A DNA stretch of 64,000 nt from Planctomycetota bacterium. GTDB taxonomy: Bacteria; Planctomycetota; UBA1135; UBA2386. Each line of letters starts with the position of its first letter. Positions within the stretch are counted from its first letter, which is position 1. The stretch spans positions 14,652 through 78,651 of the forward strand of contig JBFWWV010000029.1 of NCBI GenBank assembly GCA_050245995.1, read 5' to 3'. Shown piece by piece: positions 29,697-39,347 of the stretch. The position numbers and the translations under genes were made by a program. Below the pieces are notes generated by a model, which did no database searches, was not told where the DNA came from, and saw only the letters and a list, made by a program, of their open reading frames with translations.

Positions 29697-30809
29697 TCAG
29701 TACACGAACCCCGACAGCTGCAGGTCGTCGCCCGACCGCTGCCAGTCCCACTCCTCGATCGGCAACGCCTCGGCCATGAACGGCCGGCCCTCGCCGGACA
29801 CCGGCGTCGGCGCCAGGCGGCCGCCGATGATCTTCGGAGCCAGGAACGCGGTGACCTGGTCGACGCAGCCCCACGAGAACAGGTCGGCGGTCAGGCTGCC
29901 GCCGCCCTCGACCAGCACGCGGCGCAGGCCGCGGCGGTAGAGCTCGCGCCACGCCTTGAGCAGGTGCAGATGGCGCGCGTTCTCGGCGCACGGCAGCTGG
30001 ATCACCTGCACGCCGAAGTCCTGCAGGTGGCCGGTGCGCAGCGGGTCGACCTCGTCGCCGACCAGGATCCAGGTCGGCATCGACGACGCGGTGCGCACCA
30101 GGTTGCTGTCGTCGTCGATGTCGCCCAGCGGGTCGAGCACGATGCGCACCGGTTGCTTGCCCTCGACGTGGCGCACGGTCAGCTCGGGGTCGTCGATCTG
30201 CGCGGTGCGGAAGCCGACGATCACGGCGTCGCAGCGGGCGCGCAGCTCGTGGGTGCGGCGGCGCGACTCGGGGCCGGAGATCCAGCGCGCCTCGCCGGTC
30301 GGCGCCGCGGTCTTGCCGTCGAGGGTCATCGCCCACTTGGCGATGGTCCACGGCCGGTCGAGGGTCACCGCCTTCTGGAACGGCCGGTTGATCCGGAGGC
30401 TCTGCTCGGCGAGCACGCCGTCCTGGATCTCGACACCGTGCTGCTCCAGCTGGATCAGGCCGCGGCGGCGGTGCCGCGGGTCGGGATCGATCGCGCCGAC
30501 GACGACCTTCTGGATGCCGGCGTCGAGCAGCGCCTGCACGCACGGCGGCGTCTTCTTGCCGCCCTCGCCGAGCTGCGCCGAGCACGGCTCCAGCGTGACC
30601 ACCGCGGTGTCGGGCTTCGCGCCGCGCGCCCTGGCGTCCTGCAGCGCCACGACCTCGGCGTGCGGGCCGCCGTAGTGCGCGTGGAAGCCGCGGCCGACGA
30701 TCTCGCCGTCCTGCAGCATCAGCGCGCCGACGCGCGGGTTGGGCTCGACCTCACCGCGCCCCTGCACGGCGAGGTCCAGCGCCTCCTGCATGAGCGCCTC
30801 GACGTTCAC
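29697..30809 (-). CDS. ribD: Bifunctional diaminohydroxyphosphoribosylaminopyrimidine deaminase / reductase
   Basis: PNPRVGA, HAEVVAL, VTLEPCS..TPPC, KWAMTLDGK, SRWIS-like ARWISG, DDPELTVR, VLVEGGG; GTGA overlap with miaB. Confidence 0.95.
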   Translation of the reverse strand: MNVEALMQEALDLAVQGRGEVEPNPRVGALMLQDGEIVGRGFHAHYGGPHAEVVALQDARARGAKPDTAVVTLEPCSAQLGEGGKKTPPCVQALLDAGIQKVVVGAIDPDPRHRRRGLIQLEQHGVEIQDGVLAEQSLRINRPFQKAVTLDRPWTIAKWAMTLDGKTAAPTGEARWISGPESRRRTHELRARCDAVIVGFRTAQIDDPELTVRHVEGKQPVRIVLDPLGDIDDDSNLVRTASSMPTWILVGDEVDPLRTGHLQDFGVQVIQLPCAENARHLHLLKAWRELYRRGLRRVLVEGGGSLTADLFSWGCVDQVTAFLAPKIIGGRLAPTPVSGEGRPFMAEALPIEEWDWQRSGDDLQLSGFVY

Positions 30810-32311
30810 GGGCCGCCGTGGCGCGCGGCTTCGGCGACGCCTTCGGCGCGGTCCCGCGCGCCCTCCTCGGCCTCGGTCTCGGCCAGCTGCCGGCCGACCA
30901 GCGAATGCGCCAGCGCCTGCTCGATGCGCAACGGCACGTAGCGCCCGACGAGCTCGGCCGCGGCGGCGGCGCCCGCCGGCGCGTCGAAGTGCACGATGCG
31001 GTGGTGCACGGTGCGCCCGGTGAGCCGCTTGGGCTCCTTGGGGCTCGGCCCTTCGACCAGCACCTCCTGCACGCTGCCGACCAGCGCGCGATGCTTGTCG
31101 ATGCCGATGCGCTCCTGGATCGCCAGCAGCACCTGGTTGCGGCGCTCCTTCTCGGCCTTCGGCACGTCGTCGTCGAGCTCGCTGGCCAGCGTGCCCGGCC
31201 GCGGCGAGTACTGGAACACGTAGCTCTGCGCGTAGCGAAGGTCCTCGAGCAGCCGCGCGCTGTCGTCGAACTCGGCGGCGGTCTCGCTCGGGTAGCCGAC
31301 GATGAAGTCGCTGTGCAGCTCGAAGTCCGGCGCCGCCGCCAGCAGCTGCTCGACGCGGGCGCGGTAGCGCGCGACGGTGTAGCCGCGGCGCATCGCCTTC
31401 AGCACGCGGTCGTTGCCGGACTGCACCGGCAGGTGCAGGTAGCGCGCGACCTTCGGCAGCTCGGCCATCGCCGCGATCAGGTCCTGGCTGAGGAAGTTCG
31501 GGTGCGAGGTGATGAACGCCAGCCGCCGCAGCGCCGGGATCTCGTGCAGCGCGCGCAAGAGCCGCGCCAGCGTGACGCCCGGCCCGAGGTCGCGGCCGTA
31601 GGCGTTGACGGTCTGGCCGAGCAGCGTGATCTCGGTGACGCCGTCGTCGCACAGGCGCTGCGCCTCCTCGACGATCTGATCGATCGTGCGCGACACCTCG
31701 TCGCCGCGCGTGGTCGGCACGATGCAGTAGGTGCACGGCATGTTGCAGCCGCGCATCACCGACACGAACGCCTGGCTGCGGTGCGGCCGCACCTTGACGT
31801 CGCGCACGATCGTGTCGCCCGACACGCCGATGCCGGCGCGCACCAGGTTGGCGCCCTGCACCGCGTGCTTCTGCCGCCGCGCCGCGGGCGCGCCGTCGCT
31901 CGCCGCGGCGGCCTCGGCAGCGGCCAGCTGCTGCGCGAGCTCGGCGTTCTTCTGGCGCGCGCGCTCGACGGTCGCGTCGATGTCGCCGAACGCCGACGGC
32001 CCGACCACCAGGTCGACGTGCGGCATGCGCGCGGTCAGGTAGCGCTGGTGCTCCTGCGCCATGCAGCCGAGTACGCCGACCACCAGCCCGGGCTGGCTGC
32101 GCTTGCGGACGCGCAGGGTGCCGAGCCGGCTCCAGACCCGATCCTCGGCGTGCTGGCGCACCGAGCAGGTGTTGAGGAGCACCACGTCCGCGGCGCCCTC
32201 GTCGGCGGCCGGCTCGTAGCCGCGCTGGCGCAGGCGGCTCTCGACCAGCTCGCTGTCGAGCTTGTTCATCTGGCAGCCGTAGCTGGTCAGGTGGTACTTG
32301 GGGGCGGACAT
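30806..32311 (-). CDS. miaB: tRNA-2-methylthio-N6-dimethylallyladenosine synthase
   Basis: SYGCQMNKLDSE, LNTCSVR, GCMAQ, radical SAM MRGCNMPCTYCIVP, HLPVQSG, YSPRPGT, TRAM domain. Confidence 0.95.
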   Translation of the reverse strand: MSAPKYHLTSYGCQMNKLDSELVESRLRQRGYEPAADEGAADVVLLNTCSVRQHAEDRVWSRLGTLRVRKRSQPGLVVGVLGCMAQEHQRYLTARMPHVDLVVGPSAFGDIDATVERARQKNAELAQQLAAAEAAAASDGAPAARRQKHAVQGANLVRAGIGVSGDTIVRDVKVRPHRSQAFVSVMRGCNMPCTYCIVPTTRGDEVSRTIDQIVEEAQRLCDDGVTEITLLGQTVNAYGRDLGPGVTLARLLRALHEIPALRRLAFITSHPNFLSQDLIAAMAELPKVARYLHLPVQSGNDRVLKAMRRGYTVARYRARVEQLLAAAPDFELHSDFIVGYPSETAAEFDDSARLLEDLRYAQSYVFQYSPRPGTLASELDDDVPKAEKERRNQVLLAIQERIGIDKHRALVGSVQEVLVEGPSPKEPKRLTGRTVHHRIVHFDAPAGAAAAAELVGRYVPLRIEQALAHSLVGRQLAETEAEEGARDRAEGVAEAARHGGP

Positions 32312-32506
32312 CGGCGCTTGGGCAGGACCCGGGTTGGAACGGGCGGCGGATTGTAAGCCCAGCGCTGCCAGTGCCCAGGACTCGTTCCCCCGATGTGCGC
32401 CCTGGTTCCGGGCGACGACGTCCTGGCCGCGCGCCGCCCCGGCCGCGTAGGGACCGGTGTCCGATGCGCCGCGGCGCGATCGCGGCCCCACCCCGTGAGG
32501 CAGTCG

Positions 32507-33274
32507 ATGCGAACCCTGATGCCCGCCGTCCTGCTGGCTGCGCTGTGGCCGGTCGCCGGTGCGCCGCACGCGCTCCGGGCCCAGGAACCGACCGACGCTG
32601 CCGGCCATCCCGCGCCGGCGACGTCGTCTGTGCCCGCGATCCCGCCGGTCGAAGCGCGCCCGGGTCCCGAACACGCGGAGCTCGCCAAGGCCGAGGGCCT
32701 CTGGACCGTGACCCTCGAGTCGCCGGGGCAGCCGCCGGTCGTCGGCACGGCGCAGCTGACGATGGCGATGCGCGGCTTCTGGCTGGTCGAACGCGTCGTC
32801 TGCGAGCGGAACGGCGCGCCGTTCGAAGGCCGCGGGACCACCGGGTTCGACCCGCACACCGGCCGCTACGTGACCACGTGGATCGACAGCGCGCAGCCGA
32901 CGCTGCTGGTCACGACCGGCACCTTCGACCCGGTGACGCGCACGCTGACCATGGTCGGCGACGGCGTCGACCGCGACGGCAACCCGGTGCGGGTGCGCAC
33001 GCGGACGATCCATCGCAGCGCCGACGAGGTGGTGTTCGAACGGCTGCACGCGCCGCTGCGCGCGGGCTCCCCCCCGGGCGCAGCGCCGGCAGACAGCGCG
33101 CCCGGCAGGGCGGCCGGCAGGGCAGCCGACAGGGCAGCCGACAGGGCAGCCGACAGGGCGACCGCCGGCAAGGAGACCCGGGTCCTGACGGTCACCTACC
33201 GACGCGCCGCCGACGCGCCCGGACAGGAGCGGCCGGCGCGCGCACCGGCGTCGCCGGATCCGCACAAGGAGTAG
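32507..33274 (+). CDS. Secreted DUF1579-like protein
   Basis: GPEHAELAKAEGLW, FEGRGTTGFDPHTGRYVTTWIDS; 12-bp tandem repeat (RAAD) near the 3' end. Confidence 0.75.
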   Translation: MRTLMPAVLLAALWPVAGAPHALRAQEPTDAAGHPAPATSSVPAIPPVEARPGPEHAELAKAEGLWTVTLESPGQPPVVGTAQLTMAMRGFWLVERVVCERNGAPFEGRGTTGFDPHTGRYVTTWIDSAQPTLLVTTGTFDPVTRTLTMVGDGVDRDGNPVRVRTRTIHRSADEVVFERLHAPLRAGSPPGAAPADSAPGRAAGRAADRAADRAADRATAGKETRVLTVTYRRAADAPGQERPARAPASPDPHKE

Positions 33275-33350
33275 CGCCGGTCCGGGGCCGCCGGGGGATT
33301 GCCCCGGCCCGCTCGCACACGGCCTCGCCGTGCCGTAGCAGGGCGCACCG

Positions 33351-34526
33351 ATGACCAGCCACCCCACTCGTCGTTCGTTCCTGACGCGCTCCCTCGCCGG
33401 CGGCGCTGCCGCCATGACCGCGGGCCCGCTGCTGGCCGGCGCGTCCGCCGCCAGCCGCCCCGCGCGCCAGCGCATGGCCGCGACCTTCCGCGCCAAACAG
33501 AAGATCCTGGTGCTCGGCGGCACCGGCTTCCTCGGCCCGGCCTTCGTCGAGGCCGCGCTCGCCGCGGGCCACACGCTGACCCTGTTCAACCGCGGCCGCA
33601 CCAACCCGAAGCTGTTCCCCGACGTCGAGAAGCTGCAGGGCCAGCGCCGCCGCCCGCGCCCGGACCGGCCCGACGCGCCGGCGCAGGACCTCGAGGCGTT
33701 GAAGGGCCGCGAGTGGGACGCCGTGCTCGACACCAGCGCCTACTTCACCGGCGAGGTCGAGGACGTCGCCGCGATCCTGCAGGGCAACGTCCAGCAGTAC
33801 GTGTTCATCAGCTCGCTGAGCGTCTACCGCTCGCTCGAGCAGAGCGCCGACCCGGTCGACGAGGACTCGCCGCTGTGCGAGTGCGACGACAAGTACACCA
33901 TGAGCCTCGGCCAGAACTTCGAGAACTACGGCGCCCTCAAGCGCTACTGCGAGGAGGCCGCCGAGGCCGCGTTCCCGGGCGCGGCGACGCGCGTCCGTCC
34001 CGGCTACATCGTCGGCCCCGGCGACCCGACCGACCGCTTCACCTACTGGCCGGTGCGGTTCCAGCGCGGCGGCGAGTGCCTGGCGCCCGGGCCGATGGAC
34101 AACGACCTGCAGTTCGTCGACGTGCGCGACCTCGGCGAGTGGCTGGTGCACCTGATCGAGCAGCGCGCCGCCGGCCCGTTCAACGCGGTCGGCTTCGACG
34201 GCCCGATGACGACGGCCGAGTTCCTCTACACCGGCAAGGGCACGCTGAACCACCAGTGCACGTTCACCTGGGTCGACGACGCGTTCCTCGAGGAGAACGA
34301 GGTGTCGCCGTGGGGCGAGATGGGCTGCTGGACGCCGAAGGCCAAGAACGGCCACTCGAGCAACCGCCGCGCGCTGGCCGCCGGCGCGCGCTACCGGCCG
34401 ATCGCCGAGACCATCAAGGCGACCGCCGAGTGGGCCGCGACGCGCGGCGCCGACCACCAGTGGCGCGCCGGCATGAAGCCCGAGCGCGAGGCAGAGCTGC
34501 TCGCGAAGTGGAAGAAGCGCGGCTGA
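33351..34526 (+). CDS. Tat-exported NAD-dependent epimerase/dehydratase (isoflavone-reductase-like SDR)
   Basis: Twin-arginine TRRSFL; ILVLGGTGFLG, LFNRGRT, YVFISSLSVY, YGALK, DPTDRFTYWP. Confidence 0.88.
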   Translation: MTSHPTRRSFLTRSLAGGAAAMTAGPLLAGASAASRPARQRMAATFRAKQKILVLGGTGFLGPAFVEAALAAGHTLTLFNRGRTNPKLFPDVEKLQGQRRRPRPDRPDAPAQDLEALKGREWDAVLDTSAYFTGEVEDVAAILQGNVQQYVFISSLSVYRSLEQSADPVDEDSPLCECDDKYTMSLGQNFENYGALKRYCEEAAEAAFPGAATRVRPGYIVGPGDPTDRFTYWPVRFQRGGECLAPGPMDNDLQFVDVRDLGEWLVHLIEQRAAGPFNAVGFDGPMTTAEFLYTGKGTLNHQCTFTWVDDAFLEENEVSPWGEMGCWTPKAKNGHSSNRRALAAGARYRPIAETIKATAEWAATRGADHQWRAGMKPEREAELLAKWKKRG

Positions 34527-34559
34527 GCCCGCGCCCGCCGGCGGCTAGCATCCGCCGGC

Positions 34560-34745
34560 ATGTCCAGGTTCCCCGAGGTCCAGCGCGTCGAGCGCGCGAT
34601 CCGCACGAAGGAGGCGCACCAGCTGCGCTGGGCGCTCGACTACCTCGAGTCGCGCCTGAAGCTCGACCATGGCCCTGAGCTGCAGCAGCAGTGGACGGCG
34701 CTGCTGGAGCGGGTGCGGCAGGCGATGGCGGCCGGGCCGCGCTGA
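34560..34745 (+). CDS. Small helical hypothetical protein (61 aa)
   Basis: TAGCAT 8 nt before ATG; coding-like codons. Confidence 0.6.
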   Translation: MSRFPEVQRVERAIRTKEAHQLRWALDYLESRLKLDHGPELQQQWTALLERVRQAMAAGPR

Positions 34746-34764
34746 GGCGCCGGAGCCACGCTGC

Positions 34765-34860
34765 TCACGCGCCGTGGCGACGATCGAGCGGCTCGTTCTC
34801 CAGCTCGGCGAAACGCACCGGGTCGGTGTCGCGCAGACCGGCGACGACGTGAGTTGCGAA
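34765..34860 (-). pseudogene. Possible 3' gene remnant cut by family B element
   Basis: Frame ..THVVAGLRDTDPVRFAELENEPLDRRHGA* with coding-like GC3; 5' side runs into repeat B2. Confidence 0.3.
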
Positions 34861-35335
34861 CGGGGAGAGCGGAGCATCGGCAGGGGCACGGAGCAGAACG
34901 CCCTCGACTCAGTTGGCCCTCACGCGGCACGCACGCAACCGCGAACCAGAGAAGAAACCACAGAGAGCACAGAGGACACAGAGCAGAAAGACGACGCGCA
35001 GCCAAGGCATCCGCCAAGGCGAGCGAAGAGCCTGCCAACGGCCTCTGTCTCGTTCAGTGCGATGGCTCCAACTGGGCGGCAAACGCTCGCGTTGGCGGTG
35101 GCTTTCTGCTCTGTACTCTCTGTGCCCTCTGTGGTTTATTCTGGGGTACTCCCGGAGAAGAACAGGGAGAGCACGGAGAGCATCGGGAGACGCACAGAGC
35201 AGAAAGCACTCGACTCTGGGGGCCGAGACGCGGCACGCAAGCAACCGCGAGCAAGAGAAGGAACCACCGAGGGCACAGAGGACGCAGAGCAGAGAGCAGC
35301 CGCGACGCGAGGGCATCCGACAAAGGCGAAGGGCG
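34861..35335. repeat. Palindromic element family B, copy 2
   Basis: Two direct long units plus an inverted arm around TTCTGGGGTACTCCC (35139-35153). Confidence 0.9.
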
Positions 35336-35473
35336 CGTGATTCATGCCGCCGGGCCGTTGTCGGTGTGGGTCTCTTCCGCTCGATATGGATCCGCTGGCC
35401 TTGTCGAATCATGCGTCGATCCTGAATCGGACCAGCCCCGGACGCCGAGGGGTGCGGCTAGCATCTGCACGCC

Positions 35474-36661
35474 ATGGGAGCGCTCGAGGTGATGAGGGCC
35501 GCCGCCATCGACGAACCGTGGCGGGCGATGGAGCCCGTTCGGCTGGGGACCGTTCCCACGCGCATGCCCGAGCCCCATGCCTACCTGCTGGTGACCGAGG
35601 ACGGCGAGCCACGGCTGCGCGTTGATTCCTACGACTCTGTGTCGGATCGCTCCTGCGCCGACGGCACCTGGCATCGCTGGCTGCTCGCCGTCGGCTGGTA
35701 CGCCGTCCATCTGGTGGACGTGGACTCGCGCGCCAGCGTGCGCGTGGATCTGCCGTTCTACCCGGCGGCCTTCCTCGCGACGCCCGAACGGCTGCTCGTC
35801 GGTCACGGCGAAGGAGTGGTCGCCGTCGCTCCCGACGGCCGCGTGGCGTGGCGCTCGCCACCCCTGGCGTACGACGGAGTCCGGGAGCTCCGGCTCGACG
35901 GTCCGTGCATCCGCGGCTCGGCGAGGGGCGGACCCGACGCCCCGTGGCGGCCCTTCGCGATCGAGCTGGCGACAGGGCAGCGGGTCGGGTCTCCTTTGCC
36001 TTCGCCGATGGACGACGACTCCGCGATCCTGCCGCAGCGCCCCTGGCTGCTCCCGGCGCTGACCGCGGTCTGCGCCGGGCTGCTGCTGTGGTCGTTCCTC
36101 GGCGCGGCCGACAAGGGCGTCTGGGCGTTCGAGCTGCTGCCGCTGACGGCGGTGATGCTGGTGTTCCTGGTGCGCAGCCGGTGGTTCCGCTTCAGCGATC
36201 TCAGCTACGCGCTGCTGACGTGGTTCTTCCTGATCCAGTCGCTCGGCGGGCGCTACACGTTCGCCGAAGTGCCGTTCCCGCAGGCGCTCACCGAACTGCT
36301 GGGCCTCGAACGGAACCCGGTCGATCGGATCGGGCACTTCTTCCAGGGCTTCGTGCCGGCGGTGCTGCTGCGCGAGTGGCTGCTGCGCCGCCGTGCGATC
36401 CCCGCCGGCTGGACGCTGTTCTGGCTGGTCACCGGCTGCTGCCTCGCCTTCAGCGCGATGTACGAGCTGCTGGAGATGTGGACCGTCGTGCTGTTCTACC
36501 CCGACGCCGGCCCCGAATGGCTCGGCATGCAGGGCGACCCGTGGGACGCGCAGTGGGACATGACGATGGCGCTGTGCGGCGCGATCACCGCGCAGCTGCT
36601 CCTGCGCCCGCTGCACGACCGCAGCATCACGCGCGCCACCGGCCGCCCGCTCCGCGGCTGA
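35474..36661 (+). CDS. Hypothetical beta-rich domain fused in frame to a DUF2238 (YjdF-like) membrane protein (own ATG at 36008)
   Basis: C-half has GGRYTFAEVP, RNPVDRIGHFFQG, SAMYELLE, QGDPWDAQWDM; N-half is soluble with LAYDGV..GPDAPWRPF. Confidence 0.75.
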   Translation: MGALEVMRAAAIDEPWRAMEPVRLGTVPTRMPEPHAYLLVTEDGEPRLRVDSYDSVSDRSCADGTWHRWLLAVGWYAVHLVDVDSRASVRVDLPFYPAAFLATPERLLVGHGEGVVAVAPDGRVAWRSPPLAYDGVRELRLDGPCIRGSARGGPDAPWRPFAIELATGQRVGSPLPSPMDDDSAILPQRPWLLPALTAVCAGLLLWSFLGAADKGVWAFELLPLTAVMLVFLVRSRWFRFSDLSYALLTWFFLIQSLGGRYTFAEVPFPQALTELLGLERNPVDRIGHFFQGFVPAVLLREWLLRRRAIPAGWTLFWLVTGCCLAFSAMYELLEMWTVVLFYPDAGPEWLGMQGDPWDAQWDMTMALCGAITAQLLLRPLHDRSITRATGRPLRG

Positions 36662-36719
36662 CGGGCCGGAGCGCCGGAGCGTCGTTCGCTCTGGTGACGG
36701 GGAGGGCTCGGGCACGGCC

Positions 36720-36975
36720 GAGGACGCTCGACTCAGGTGACCGCAACGCGGCATGCACGCATCCGCGAACCAGAAGGAAAACCACAGAGAGCACAGAGCA
36801 CACAGAGCAGAAAGAAGCCGCGCAGCCAAGGCATCCGCCAAGGCGAGCGACCAGCCTGCCAGCACCTCGATCTCGTTCGGTGCGTTGGCTCCAGCTGGGC
36901 GGCAGCGCTCGCGTTGGCGTTTGCCTTCTGCTCTGTGCTCTCTGTGCCCTCTGTGGTTTTTCTTCTGGGGTAACC
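36720..36975. repeat. Palindromic element family B, copy 3
   Basis: ~250-bp imperfect direct repeat of 34900-35150. Confidence 0.9.
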
Positions 36976-36991
36976 CGACGCACCCGCGCGC

Positions 36992-37378
36992 CTACATCCG
37001 CAGTGCGCGGCTGAAGGCCACCGCCTCGGCGCCGCACAGGGCGAAAGCGACGAGCGCGGCCCAGGGCCAGTGGCGGCCCAAGGCGCGGATCCCGGCGGTC
37101 AGGCCGGCCAGCAGCAGCAGCGTCGTCACGGCGGCGACGGCGACCATCCCGAGCGTGCCCTGCGTGAACGCCACCGCGGGCAGGATGCCGGGGCCGACCG
37201 GCGCCCACAGCAGGTACTGGCGCACGCAGTGGTCGCACTCGCGCAGCGGCCCGATCGCGAACGGCAGCAGCGCCGGCAGCCACAGCGCCAGCGCGGCGTG
37301 GCGCAGCGCCCGCGCGTTCGCCGGCGCCAGGCCGATCCAGCGCAGCGGCAGCCAGCCGCGCACCGGCGCCGGGCTCAC
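36992..37378 (-). CDS. Small membrane protein with CxxC
   Basis: GTG overlapping upstream TGA; RECDHC; hydrophobic helices. Confidence 0.6.
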   Translation of the reverse strand: MSPAPVRGWLPLRWIGLAPANARALRHAALALWLPALLPFAIGPLRECDHCVRQYLLWAPVGPGILPAVAFTQGTLGMVAVAAVTTLLLLAGLTAGIRALGRHWPWAALVAFALCGAEAVAFSRALRM

Positions 37379-38916
37379 CACTTCTTCATCGCGTCGATCC
37401 ACGCCTTCTCCAGCGCCGACCAGTCGGTGTCGGTGAACGTCTTGTCGAACGCCTTCTCCTGGATCTCGAAGCGCAGCGCCATGATCCAGTCCTTGGGCGC
37501 GTCCTCGGGCATCTTCGCGCGGTACTCGGCGGTGATCTCGCGCAGGTTCTTCAGGTAGGTGTCGGGGATCGCGCCCCACTCCTTGTTGCCCTTGGGATCC
37601 TGCCGCTCCTCCTCGAGGAAGTGGCAGAACGCCCACGCGAACGCGTAGTTCTGGTAGACGCTCGGCCCGTAGAAGTCGGGCTGCGTCATCTTGACGAACG
37701 CGCGCAGGTCGGGCCAGCCGCCGCTCTTCTTGCTGCGCTTGATCCACGTCATGCGGCCGCGGTTCTTCTCGATCTTCTTGACCTCTTCCTTGCGGCGGTC
37801 GAGCACCGCGCCCGCGAACACCTCGCCGAAGCCCTCGTTGAACCACGACGCCGGCGCCAGCATGCCGTTGGCCTCGTGCAGGTACTGGTGCATCGCCTCG
37901 TGGTACAGCACCTCGGCGGTGTCGACGTCCTTCAGCCACTCGCTGCGCTTGGGGATCTTCTTGCCCGGGTCGAACAGCACCAGCTCGTCGTCGAGCGGCG
38001 AGAAGTGGCCGATCGCGCCCGGCAGCTTGCCGTACGCCGCGTACTCCTCGTAGCTCTGGAACACGCGCACCAGCGACACCGCCTCCATCGCGTTGATCGG
38101 CGGGAAGCGCTCGGTGTAGCACTTCCGCATGATCTCGAGGTCGGTCAGCAGACCCTTGACCACCTTGCCGTTCTTGCAGTTGGTGATCAGGATGAAGTTC
38201 TCGGTGTCGTAGGCGTCCCAACCCTGCTGCATCTTCTGCCGCACCTGGCGGCGGAAGTCGGGGTTGCGCAGTGCGGCGTCGACGGGCGCGTCGCCGACGT
38301 TCTGGTCGGGCAGGAAGAACTCGAGGCTCTCGGCGATCTGCTCGAGCAGCCGGTCCCAGTGCTTGTCGCGCGCGCCGAGCCCGATCAACCCGAACTCCTC
38401 GATGCCGTCGGTGGCGAGGTAGGCCCGCAGGAACGGCTGGCCGCTGTAGCTGCCGTCGAACACGCGCGCCTCGGTGCCGTCCTTGAACTTGATCGGCTTC
38501 TCGGTGCTGGGCTCGGTACTGTACGTGCCCTCGCGGAAGCGCAGGTCGAGCAGTTCCTGCAGCGAGTGCGCCTTGTTGTAGGCCTCGGCCGCCCGGTCCT
38601 TGAGCGACTGCGGCTTGTCGCCGGCGCTGTCGGTGCCTTCGCCCCCCTCGTCGTCGCCGCCGCCACCTCCGCCGCCGGTCGTTATGCCGGCCGCCTTGCG
38701 ATAGCGCACGATCCAGATGGCGCGGTGGTGATGGCGACCGTCGTCGTCGACCTCGATGCGGAACTTGCCCTTGACGATCCGATCCTTGGGATCGGGCGTC
38801 TCGTCGAGGATGTCGCGCGGGAGCTTGAGCCGGAACCCTTGCGGGCTCTCGTAGACCTTCCCCTGGGCGAGAACGGGCGCGCACAGGAGCGCCACCGTCA
38901 GTGCTGTGCGGAGCAT
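37375..38916 (-). CDS. Secreted DUF1570-like putative metallopeptidase
   Basis: Signal peptide MLRTALTVALLCAPVLAQ; LYHEAMHQY (HExxH), WFNEGFGE, YAFAWAFCHFL. Confidence 0.8.
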   Translation of the reverse strand: MLRTALTVALLCAPVLAQGKVYESPQGFRLKLPRDILDETPDPKDRIVKGKFRIEVDDDGRHHHRAIWIVRYRKAAGITTGGGGGGGDDEGGEGTDSAGDKPQSLKDRAAEAYNKAHSLQELLDLRFREGTYSTEPSTEKPIKFKDGTEARVFDGSYSGQPFLRAYLATDGIEEFGLIGLGARDKHWDRLLEQIAESLEFFLPDQNVGDAPVDAALRNPDFRRQVRQKMQQGWDAYDTENFILITNCKNGKVVKGLLTDLEIMRKCYTERFPPINAMEAVSLVRVFQSYEEYAAYGKLPGAIGHFSPLDDELVLFDPGKKIPKRSEWLKDVDTAEVLYHEAMHQYLHEANGMLAPASWFNEGFGEVFAGAVLDRRKEEVKKIEKNRGRMTWIKRSKKSGGWPDLRAFVKMTQPDFYGPSVYQNYAFAWAFCHFLEEERQDPKGNKEWGAIPDTYLKNLREITAEYRAKMPEDAPKDWIMALRFEIQEKAFDKTFTDTDWSALEKAWIDAMKKW

Positions 38917-38964
38917 CGGGGCGCGATCGTCCAGCGCCGGGTCGCGAGGGGCAAGGGGGTCACC

Positions 38965-39345
38965 CCCCGTGCCCGTGCCGCGCCCGCCCCCGCCCCCGCC
39001 CCCGCCCCGTTCCCGTTCCCGTGCCCGTGCCCGCGCCCGTGCCCAGCGGCGCGAAGCGCCGCGGTGCCCAGGCCGCGCGCAGCGCGGCCGGTGCCCGCGC
39101 GCGCGCAGCGCGCGCTGGTGCGAAGGGCGCAATCGCCAAGCGCAATCGCGGGTCGCAATCGCGCCGCACGATCGCGCCGCACGATCGCGCCGCACGATCG
39201 CGCCGCACGATCGCGCAAGGCGCTCCAGCCCGCGCTCCGCGCGGGCGGGCACCGGCGTGCGTGCTCCGCACGCACGCCTGGGCACGGGCACGGGCACGGG
39301 CACCGGCGCGCTGCGCGCGCCTGGGCACGGGGCGCGCTGGCGCGC
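38965..39345. repeat. Palindromic element family A, copy 2, with internal 13-bp tandem repeat x4
   Basis: Same GTGCCC/hairpin and GGGCAC/hairpin arms as copy 1; GCGCCGCACGATC x4 at 39161-39212. Confidence 0.88.
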
Positions 39346-39347
39346 GA

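Noticed and set aside
29538-30900. FMN riboswitch or RNA gene associated with ribD
   Set aside because: ribD is coupled to miaB with no leader; no RFN, tRNA, SRP, tmRNA or RNase P signature seen
33106-33165. Short in-gene tandem repeats (12-bp RAAD here; 15-bp at ~25995-26035; 12-bp MPND at ~40410-40445)
   Set aside because: In-frame linker expansions (multiples of 3); no evidence of phase variation
35337-35492. VIHAAGP peptide as a macrodomain fragment
   Set aside because: Similarity limited to one short motif; the rest does not fit
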